64,000 nt of DNA from Syntrophobacteraceae bacterium (GTDB taxonomy: Bacteria; Desulfobacterota; Syntrophobacteria; Syntrophobacterales; Syntrophobacteraceae): NCBI GenBank assembly GCA_049515795.1, contig JBEKTT010000016.1, positions 8,271-72,270 of the forward strand, in the 5' to 3' direction. Below are positions 57,123 through 64,000 of the stretch, in pieces. A model generated the notes under the pieces. It was not told the origin of the DNA and searched no databases. It saw only the letters and a program-made list of their open reading frames with translations. Within the stretch, counting starts at the first letter, position 1; each line of letters opens with the position of its first letter. A program made the position numbers and the translations under genes.

Positions 57123-58250
57123 ATGACAAAAAAGCGGAGTACAAGGGGCATGGCTTCCGATTATGTCAGGGCAGCGGCCGAGCAGTTCGACTCAGCAGAG
57201 CAAATTGCCGAAATCAGCAAATTTGGGACCGGAAACATAAACGATACATATCTTGTGTCCACCAGATCGAATCGAGAAAAATATTTCATTCTTCAGCGCA
57301 TAAACCGACGTGTATTTAGCAGGCCCGAATTAATAATGCAAAACCTTCGCGCCTTCTCCGAGCACGTTTCAGAGCGCCTGAGGCGCATTCCGGCGGCCGG
57401 CCGGCGCTGGGAAATGCCGCGCCTCCTGCCGACAGCCTATTGCCAGGACCACTGGATCGACCCTGGCGGTCATTTCTGGCGCGCGATCAGCTTCATAGAG
57501 AACTCGGAATCATTCGATTCGGTCATCAACCTTGATCATGCAGCCGAGGTCGGGTTCGCGATAGGGTTTTTCCACACCCTTGTTAACGATCTGCCTGCAA
57601 ACAGGCTAAAGGACACGCTGGAAGGCTTTCACATCACCCCGATTTATTTAGGGCGCTATCTGGCGGTGCTGGAAAAACGCTGCGCGCCTGCATCCCCCGA
57701 TGCGGCTTATTGCATGGATTTCATAGACCGGCGCAAAGAGATCGCGCCCATTCTGGAAAAGGCCAAAGCGGACGGGAGATTGGCACTGCGGATAATTCAC
57801 GGCGACCCTAAAGTGAGCAATATAATGATCGATACCGGGACAGGGCTGGCCGTGAGCATCGTGGACCTGGATACCGTCAAGCCCGGCCTGGTTCATTATG
57901 ATATCGGCGACTGCCTGCGTTCATGCTGCAATCCGCTTGGAGAAGACCCCGGCAAGCCCGATGAAGTCCGTTTCGAACCTGAACTCTGCCGGTCGCTGCT
58001 CAGGGGATATTTTTCGGTGGCCAAAGGCTTTCTCACCGAATACGACCGTGAGTTCATCTACGATTCTATCCGCCTGCTGGCCTATGAGCTGGGAGTGAGG
58101 TTTTTTTGCGACTACCTGGAGGGGAATGTTTATTTCAAGGCAAAGGACCGCCGGCAGAACCTGCGAAGAGCGCTGGTCCAGTTCCGCCTTGTCGAAAGTA
58201 TCGAGTCGCAGGCTCAAGCCCTGCGCGCGATTATCAGGGAGGCAAAATGA
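57123..58250 (+). CDS. APH-fold phosphotransferase (N-acetylhexosamine 1-kinase-like)
   Basis: Catalytic-loop [14 protein letters not shown] and metal-binding [15 protein letters not shown] resemble NahK/AmgK-type sugar kinases. Confidence 0.6.
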   Translation: MTKKRSTRGMASDYVRAAAEQFDSAEQIAEISKFGTGNINDTYLVSTRSNREKYFILQRINRRVFSRPELIMQNLRAFSEHVSERLRRIPAAGRRWEMPRLLPTAYCQDHWIDPGGHFWRAISFIENSESFDSVINLDHAAEVGFAIGFFHTLVNDLPANRLKDTLEGFHITPIYLGRYLAVLEKRCAPASPDAAYCMDFIDRRKEIAPILEKAKADGRLALRIIHGDPKVSNIMIDTGTGLAVSIVDLDTVKPGLVHYDIGDCLRSCCNPLGEDPGKPDEVRFEPELCRSLLRGYFSVAKGFLTEYDREFIYDSIRLLAYELGVRFFCDYLEGNVYFKAKDRRQNLRRALVQFRLVESIESQAQALRAIIREAK

Positions 58251-58393
58251 GCGGCGTAAGGCGTGGTCTCACGATCTCGGATTTAATTGATTCCAGGGGG
58301 CCTTGTCCGGATTTTGCCCTGCTTCGCAGCTCAAATAGCACATCGTGCAGCTCCGGTGCCCGCATTAATTCGTTAATTTCAGTAGCTATAGTG

Positions 58394-58422
58394 TTTAAAG
58401 TGTGTCAAAAGGGGAGTATAAT
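58394..58422 (+). promoter_or_regulatory. possible promoter giving a ~150-nt 5' UTR for the RRM gene
   Basis: TTTAAA (58394-58399), a 17-nt spacer and TATAAT (58417-58422). Confidence 0.3.
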
Positions 58423-58579
58423 TTAAAGTTTCGAAGACGATTTAATTCGCCGTCGATTGCCGTCACACCAAACCCGTAATGCCTTATTGGGGCTATCCGG
58501 CAAGCATCCTTTCACCATTGAGGTCGAGCAAGGATCTATCGGATTTAGCTGAAAGGGCATTCATTTGAAAAGGAAAAAC

Positions 58580-59080
58580 ATGAACATCTTTGTAGGGAGC
58601 CTCTCATTTAAGACAACAGAAGAGGAGTTGCAAAAGGAGTTTGAGACATTTGGCGAGGTAGGTTCTGTTAAAATCATTGTGGACCACGAGACTTTCAAAT
58701 CGCGGGGCTTTGCTTTCGTTACAATGCCGAACCAGGATCAGGCGACGGCTGCAATCGCCGCCTTAAACGGCAAAGAGATAAACGGCTTCGCTCTTAAGGT
58801 AAACGAAGCAAGACCCAGGGAACCCGGGGGAGGTCCAGGCCGTGAGCGTAGCGGGGGCGGTTATGCGAACAGTAACAGAACCGGGTCCGGTTATGGCTCA
58901 GGGGGCGGCTCGACAGGCGGCGGCTACAACAGAGATCGGACAAGTGGTACATTTGATGCCAAAGACCTTGATATCTACGACAGTAAAGGCGGTCGGAGCG
59001 GAACGCACGGCAGGAAGGGCCGAGGTGGCGGCGGCCGTGGTTCAGGTGGCAAGTCAGGCGGGGGCAGATCTTCGTACTAA
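58580..59080 (+). CDS. RRM-type RNA-binding protein with Gly/Arg/Ser-rich tail
   Basis: RNP2 (NIFVGSL) and RNP1 (RGFAFVTM) motifs followed by a ~85-aa G-rich C-terminus. ATG 58580 is preferred. Confidence 0.88.
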   Translation: MNIFVGSLSFKTTEEELQKEFETFGEVGSVKIIVDHETFKSRGFAFVTMPNQDQATAAIAALNGKEINGFALKVNEARPREPGGGPGRERSGGGYANSNRTGSGYGSGGGSTGGGYNRDRTSGTFDAKDLDIYDSKGGRSGTHGRKGRGGGGRGSGGKSGGGRSSY

Positions 59081-59482
59081 CCCCCGTGTTAATAGTGACT
59101 ACAGGTGAAAATCAGGCTGCATTCGCCCTGGATAGCGCCAGGCGCTGCGTCAGCGCCGTGGTCTTTGTCCAGGGGTTCAACTGGTTGACGTGGCCGCCCG
59201 GAAATCGATCCTGTGCAGCGGATGGTCCATAATGCGGTCTTAAGGTTCGTGTTTTTTGAGCAAAACCCCAAGGCGGAGCCTGTTTGACTCCGCCTTTAAG
59301 TTTGCGATTACTCGGAGCAGAAATTAAATTACTATCCCGCCCCCATGTTCTGAACACTCACAGATTTTTCAAGCCGTTTTTGTTTCCGGCGCCGATTTTC
59401 GCAGGGCCGCTGTGCGTGAAGAGTGAAGAGCGAGGATAATCTGGTCCTTTCTCTACGCTCCGCGAGGCGTTTAGCCGGAAGT

Positions 59483-60514
59483 TCACCCTTCTAACTTCAC
59501 TGTTCTAACTTCAGCGGCCTTCTCGCCGCGCATCCCGAAAAACCTATACACCCATATCTGGTAGGCAATTACTATGGGCACGAATACCAGGGCTACACCG
59601 AGCATGATTTTCAACGTCAGGGGACTCGATGATGAGTTGAATGCGGTCAGGCTGAATGCCGGATCGATGCTGGATATGAGCAGATTGGGGTACATTCCCC
59701 CGACTCCGAAAAGCGTAACCATGACAATGAAAACCGCTGAGGAGAACCAGGCTTTCAGCCATTTCCCCTGCCGGATAAAGAGCAGTATCCCGATCAGCGC
59801 GCATACAGCCGCAAGCGGAATAACGAATAGGACTGGAACTTTCATGTAATTGTCATACAGACGCGTTGAGATATAAGTGGCCCCCAGGAACACCACCGCC
59901 GCAACGGCAAGAGCAAACCACAGATTGCCCGCAAGCTGTCCGGCGCGTTTTTTGAGCGCCCCCTCGGACTTGATCGCGAGCCAAAGAGACCCGTGCACCG
60001 TGAAGATCAGGGTGAAGAGGACCCCTCCCATAAGCCCGTAGGGGTTGAGCAGCGACAAAAGAGACCCATGATAAATTCCACCTTTATCAATTAAAATACC
60101 GCGAAACAGATTGGCGAAAGCCACGCCGAACAGCAAGGCCGGACCGAAGTTTCCTATCCACAGTAGGGCGTCCCAGAAGCTTTTCCAGCCCCCTGAAGCA
60201 AATTTGGACCTGAACTCCATTGCGACTCCGCGCACTATAAGGCAAAACAGGATCAGCAGAAGGGCCGAATAGAGGCTGCTGAACATTACTGCGTAAGTTT
60301 TCGGGAATGCGGCGAACGTAACCCCGCCTGCGGTTATCAGCCAGACCTCGTTGCCGTTCCAGTAAGGCGCCATGCTGTTGTAGACGGTGCGCTTCTCGCT
60401 TTCGTTTTTTGCAATGAACGGGGCCAAAGTTCCGACCCCGAAATCGAAGCCGTCCAGGACGAAATAGACGGCCCACAGAATTGCCCAGAGAGCAAACCAG
60501 ATTGTCTCAAGCAT
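59483..60514 (-). CDS. cydB: cytochrome bd ubiquinol oxidase subunit II
   Basis: N-terminus MLETIWFALWAILWAVYFVLDGFDFGVG is the CydB hallmark. Its start overlaps the cydA stop codon by 8 nt. Confidence 0.9.
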   Translation of the reverse strand: MLETIWFALWAILWAVYFVLDGFDFGVGTLAPFIAKNESEKRTVYNSMAPYWNGNEVWLITAGGVTFAAFPKTYAVMFSSLYSALLLILFCLIVRGVAMEFRSKFASGGWKSFWDALLWIGNFGPALLFGVAFANLFRGILIDKGGIYHGSLLSLLNPYGLMGGVLFTLIFTVHGSLWLAIKSEGALKKRAGQLAGNLWFALAVAAVVFLGATYISTRLYDNYMKVPVLFVIPLAAVCALIGILLFIRQGKWLKAWFSSAVFIVMVTLFGVGGMYPNLLISSIDPAFSLTAFNSSSSPLTLKIMLGVALVFVPIVIAYQIWVYRFFGMRGEKAAEVRTVKLEG

Positions 60515-61853
60515 ATCCCACCTCCTCATCGTCCACTTCGAGCAGGGCTGTTTCATCTACCGGCCCTTTCCGCGCATGGCTCCACATAAGGTAGTAAGCC
60601 ACAATTCCCAGGAAGGTGTAGACAAGCACGAACGCCCCAAAAGAGATCGCCACCTGGGATGGGGCAATCGGAGATACAGCATTCGAGGTCTTCATCATCC
60701 CGTATACCACCCAGGGCTGCCTCCCCACTTCGGCGAGCATCCAACCGAACTCACTAGCCAAATAGGGCAGGGGAATAGAATAGAGGAACACCTTGAGCAG
60801 CTTGGGCCGTTCCTCGACCGTGTTACGCCTGAGCCAGCCGATGATTGCCATTACAAGGAAAAAAAACCCGAGCATCATCATCAGGCGGAAGGAGATAAAG
60901 GTAAAGGTTACCGGAGGCCTTTCCGAGGGCGCAAAAGCTTTAAGACCCTTCACTTCCGCCGAGAAATCATGGTATGCCAGCATGCTCAAAGCGCCGGGAA
61001 TGGCTCCGAATTGGACCAGATTGCGATCGTGATCCGGATCGGGAATAACGAACAAGTACTGCGGGGCCGATTTTTTTGTCTCCCAGAGCGACTCCATGGC
61101 AGCGAGCTTTGCGGGCTGTATTTTGGCTACCTCACCGCCGTGCATATGGCCCTGCACAACCTCAACGATCGTAAAGATCAGGGCGAGTGAAACGGCCAGC
61201 CGAAACGATTTCTTAAAAAAAGAAATGTGCTGCTTGCGTAGTAAATGCCAGGCGCTGACGCCCATAACGAAAAAGGCTGAAAGGATATAGGCGGCTGAGA
61301 CTGTGTGGACTATAGTATGCCATGCAAACGGCTGCGTAATAACAGCAATCAGATCGTCAAGCTCTGCCCGGCCGTTTCGAATGACGAAACCTACCGGATG
61401 CTGCATCCACGAGTTGGCTATCAGAATCCATAGCGCCGAAAGGTTCGAGGAGAGCGCCACCAGCCAGATGACTACAGCGTGCGCCTTCGGTGAGAGCCGC
61501 TTCCATCCGAAAGCCCATACCGCGATAAAAGTGGATTCCAAAAAGAAAGCCACTGTCGCTTCAATTGCCAGGAGTGAACCGAAAATATCGCCAACGTACT
61601 CCGAGTAGCGTGACCAGTTTGTCCCGAACTGGAACTCGAGCGTTATGCCGGTAACCACCCCGATGGCGAAATTTATCAGGAAAATCTTGCCCCAAAACCG
61701 GGCCATGTTTCTGTATTCTTCGTTTCCCGTCCGGACGTAGGCCGTCTCCATTATCGCCAGCAGGATCGAAAGCCCGAGCGTAAGCGGCACGAACAGGAAA
61801 TGGAAGAATGTCGCCGCCGCAAACTGCAGTCTGGATAGCATAAGGGTGTCCAT
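60507..61853 (-). CDS. cydA: cytochrome bd ubiquinol oxidase subunit I
   Basis: N-terminus LSRLQFAATFFHFLFVPLTLG plus the Q-loop and GWMLAEVGRQPW motif; 448 aa. Confidence 0.92.
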   Translation of the reverse strand: MDTLMLSRLQFAAATFFHFLFVPLTLGLSILLAIMETAYVRTGNEEYRNMARFWGKIFLINFAIGVVTGITLEFQFGTNWSRYSEYVGDIFGSLLAIEATVAFFLESTFIAVWAFGWKRLSPKAHAVVIWLVALSSNLSALWILIANSWMQHPVGFVIRNGRAELDDLIAVITQPFAWHTIVHTVSAAYILSAFFVMGVSAWHLLRKQHISFFKKSFRLAVSLALIFTIVEVVQGHMHGGEVAKIQPAKLAAMESLWETKKSAPQYLFVIPDPDHDRNLVQFGAIPGALSMLAYHDFSAEVKGLKAFAPSERPPVTFTFISFRLMMMLGFFFLVMAIIGWLRRNTVEERPKLLKVFLYSIPLPYLASEFGWMLAEVGRQPWVVYGMMKTSNAVSPIAPSQVAISFGAFVLVYTFLGIVAYYLMWSHARKGPVDETALLEVDDEEVGYA

Positions 61854-62171
61854 ATGCTGTCTCCTTTTGATGTGAGAGTTCTATAATGCACCGCGGATAG
61901 ACGTCAGGGTCAAAATGCTCATTCACTATGAGATGTGCAACATTTCCAACGCTTGTTTTTGCGCTCAAAGGAGGCAGGGGGATTTTACTCATATGAGCGC
62001 AGTTTCGTGTTAGTGCAGCGTCAACTAAGTTCCTATAGGTAATGACCGTCAGCCCGTCATTCCGGCGAAGGCCGGAATCGAGCGTCTTTTCAGTTGGTTA
62101 ACAGCACTGGACCCCGGCCTTCGCCGGGGTGACGATTCCTTGCAACATGTAATAACTTTGTTGACAACGTA

Positions 62172-62684
62172 CTAGTCCGTCTTCGAGAAAAAGCTCGTTG
62201 CCGAACCGCAAACCGGGCAGGCGCCGGGCGGTCCATCTGCGCAGGTGTACCCGCAAACCGAACAGACGTAATAATCAGTCTCTTTGGGGGCCTCCATCAT
62301 CTGATCGAGGGCCTGTTGATAAAGCGCCGCATGCTGAATCTCTACGGAATTGGCATACGTGAAGCTTCTTCGGGCCGCAGCATGCCCTTCTTCCTCCGCT
62401 TTTTTGATCATTGGAGGATACATCTCCGTGAATTCGAATGTCTCACCCGCAATGGCCGCTTTGAGGTTTTCCTCCGTGGTCCCGATTTTCCCCAAAGCCC
62501 GGAGATGCGCGAGGGCATGAACGGTTTCGGCCACGGCGGCAGCCCTGAAAAGCCTAGCAGCCTGGAGGTATCCTTCCTTTTCCGCCTGCTTTGCGAAGGC
62601 CAGATATTTTCGGTTCGCCTGCGATTCGCCCGCAAAGGCCTGCAGTAAATTCATTTCTGTTTGAGTGGTGTCTTTGGATTGCAT
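62172..62684 (-). CDS. rubrerythrin
   Basis: Ferritin-like diiron ExxH motifs (ESQANRKY, AETVHA, E..EMY, VEIQHA) plus a C-terminal rubredoxin-like CxxC..CPxCG. Confidence 0.9.
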   Translation of the reverse strand: MQSKDTTQTEMNLLQAFAGESQANRKYLAFAKQAEKEGYLQAARLFRAAAVAETVHALAHLRALGKIGTTEENLKAAIAGETFEFTEMYPPMIKKAEEEGHAAARRSFTYANSVEIQHAALYQQALDQMMEAPKETDYYVCSVCGYTCADGPPGACPVCGSATSFFSKTD

Positions 62685-62739
62685 TGTGATCTCCTTAGTT
62701 CATCCGCATCTGTCTGTGGTTCTCTCCGACATCCGCCAT

Positions 62740-62817
62740 CCTCGTATGATAGACTTATATATATCGCTTAAATAGCTTCACATCGCGGAGCGCGGAAGGC
62801 GACCGCTCATTCCCGAC
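62740..62817 (+). repeat. mosaic intergenic repeat, copy D (deletion derivative)
   Basis: Left terminus CCTCGTATGATAGACTTATATA is joined to the GCGCGGA(A)GGCGACCGCTCATTCCCGAC module of copies A-C. Confidence 0.75.
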
Positions 62818-63107
62818 GCTTTCCATGACCTGTCTATGACCAGAGACGGGGCGGGCGGGGATGCCTTCTTCGGTATGGCAATCTTGGCCTTGACGGACTT
62901 CTTTTCTTCCGGCCACAGGCCTCTGCTGATGTGGTTTTCCTTCTCCTGCCCGGCAACCTTTCTGATTTTGTATGCCGAGTCCCTCAGGAGTCCGTAGAGG
63001 ACCCCGCAGCCGACATCTTTCCTGGCGCCGTCACCCATGTCGGCCAGTTCGATCATCATGTCGGTCAACTGGAGTGTCCTTCCAAGTATTTCATTGCATG
63101 TCTTCAT
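62778..63107 (-). CDS. hypothetical small protein (109 aa)
   Basis: ORF 62778..63248, with ATG 63107 (MKTCNEILGR) lying downstream of the sigma-54 promoter. The last ~13 codons lie in repeat copy D. Confidence 0.5.
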   Translation of the reverse strand: MKTCNEILGRTLQLTDMMIELADMGDGARKDVGCGVLYGLLRDSAYKIRKVAGQEKENHISRGLWPEEKKSVKAKIAIPKKASPPAPSLVIDRSWKASGMSGRLPRSAM

Positions 63108-63146
63108 CGTTATCCATCGAAAGCCGGGTTCGCATCCTCTAAGTGG

Positions 63147-63160
63147 CAACAAGCGCGCCA
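63147..63160 (-). promoter_or_regulatory. sigma-54 (-24/-12) promoter
   Basis: The minus strand reads TGGCGCGCTTGTTGC, against the consensus TGGCACGnnnnTTGC, with correct GG-to-GC spacing. It lies ~40 nt upstream of ATG 63107. Confidence 0.65.
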
Positions 63161-63255
63161 AGTGGGCGCGCATGCGGATAATTAACAAATACTGTGTGAT
63201 TTCAGTTAATTGTTCGGTATGGAAATTTTGCCGGGTGGGGGTCTGCATTAAAAAC

Positions 63256-63385
63256 GAGACACTTTTGAGACAGCCGGAAGAAGGGACTATTAAAAAGAAT
63301 CGACAAAATACATGGAAATAAGCTGTTGGCGGGGTAATGCGAATGTCTCAAGATACAGCCTGAGACACTTTTGTATCATGAGACA
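63256..63385. promoter_or_regulatory. cluster of GAGACA repeats (candidate enhancer/UAS for the adjacent bEBP)
   Basis: GAGACA at 63256, 63267, 63362 and 63380, and inverted at 63344-63349. The identical 12-mer GAGACACTTTTG occurs at 63256 and 63362. TGTCTCA-N12-TGAGACA spans 63344-63368. Confidence 0.45.
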
Positions 63386-63449
63386 AGTTTTTGGGAATCG
63401 AGGAATTGAGGAATTGGGGAATTGGGGAATTCCCTAAATCCCTAAATCC

Positions 63450-64000
63450 TTAAAGTTGCTTTTCGAGGAACCGGTAAAGGGTGGCGCGGCCTATTCCGAG
63501 CAGCTTCGCCGCTTTGGACCTGTTTCCGCCGGCCTTTTCAACGGCTGATGCAACGGCCTCGGAGGTGAGCCGGGGCTTTGGCCCGGGCTTGAAGGTCGTG
63601 CAGGTCATCTGCCGGATTTCGAGTGGAAGGTGTTCGGCTTCGATAGTGGGTCCGCGTGACTTAACCAGGGCGAAATGAATCGTGTTTTGCAACTCACGCA
63701 CGTTTCCCGGCCAACCATAATCCATCATAAGCGACAGGGCCTCTTCGGAAAGCCGGGGGGCCTTCCGGCCATGTTCAGCGGCCAGCTTCAGGAAATGGAA
63801 GGCAAGGAGCGGAATGTCGTTTCTGCGCTCGCGAAGGGGTGGGATGCGGATGGGGACTACGCTCAGACGGTAATAGAGGTCTTCGCGGAAATTCTGCCGT
63901 TCCATCTCCCGCTTCAGGTCCCTGTTGGTCGCGCTGATTATGCGGACGTTTACGGAAATCGTCTTCTCGGCGCCAACCCGCTCGAAGCTACCCTTCTGAA
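63450..64000 (-). CDS. sigma-54-dependent transcriptional activator (NtrC family), 5'-truncated by the window edge
   Basis: The AAA+ C-terminal part (RVGAEKTISVNVRIISATNRDL; FREDLYYRLSVVPIRIPPLRERRNDI) and a Fis-type HTH (GNRSKAAKLLGIGRATLYRFL). The frame stays open to position 64000. Confidence 0.9.
   Translation of the reverse strand, partial: QKGSFERVGAEKTISVNVRIISATNRDLKREMERQNFREDLYYRLSVVPIRIPPLRERRNDIPLLAFHFLKLAAEHGRKAPRLSEEALSLMMDYGWPGNVRELQNTIHFALVKSRGPTIEAEHLPLEIRQMTCTTFKPGPKPRLTSEAVASAVEKAGGNRSKAAKLLGIGRATLYRFLEKQL

Noticed and set aside
62030-62145. Inverted GTCATTCCGGCGAAGGCCGGAATC / CCGGCCTTCGCCGGGGTGAC hairpins upstream of cydA (similar motif at 35265-35300)
   Set aside because: This looks like another common dispersed palindromic repeat (REP-like) rather than a specific cydAB regulatory site. 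No FNR/CRP-type box was recognised.

Overview
This looks like a 64-kb chromosomal segment (about 55% GC by eye) from an anaerobic, probably deltaproteobacterial (Syntrophus-like) organism. The taxonomy is inference only. All calls come from reading the ORF track and the DNA; no database search was run. Most of the window is housekeeping or accessory metabolism. It holds an acyl-CoA gene set (crotonase, CoA-transferase, SDR, acyl-CoA dehydrogenase, ADC-family) and the phoH-pgpH-ybeY-pdxJ-acpS string. It also holds cvpA-mazG, aroF-tyrA, a YbhGFSR-like ABC efflux locus with TetR and an outer-membrane factor, two MBL hydrolases, DegP, two-component systems with a cation antiporter, greA, nudix, tRNA-Pro, tsaC, panE/panB, cydAB and rubrerythrin. 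The window ends in a partial sigma-54 activator gene. The most notable observations follow. (1) A Tyr-rich 18-codon leader ORF plus an intrinsic terminator lies upstream of aroF-tyrA and is a candidate tyrosine attenuator. (2) A MurG-like glycosyltransferase with an N-terminal TM segment and a C-terminal HEAT-repeat domain is translationally coupled to MraY, outside a dcw context. (3) A modular (mosaic) intergenic repeat family has at least 5 copies, two of which supply the last codons of neighbouring genes. Several families of short-period tandem repeats are also present. (4) A near-consensus sigma-54 promoter with GAGACA repeats sits between a bEBP gene and a small-protein/rubrerythrin unit. 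(5) A stand-alone 38-codon acidic peptide gene has its own promoter, RBS and terminator. (6) A complete IS630-family element has TA target duplication and an A7 frameshift site. (7) Gene relics are present: a thiolase C-terminal fragment and a truncated ParE/RelE-like toxin. No CRISPR array, rRNA or prophage was seen.
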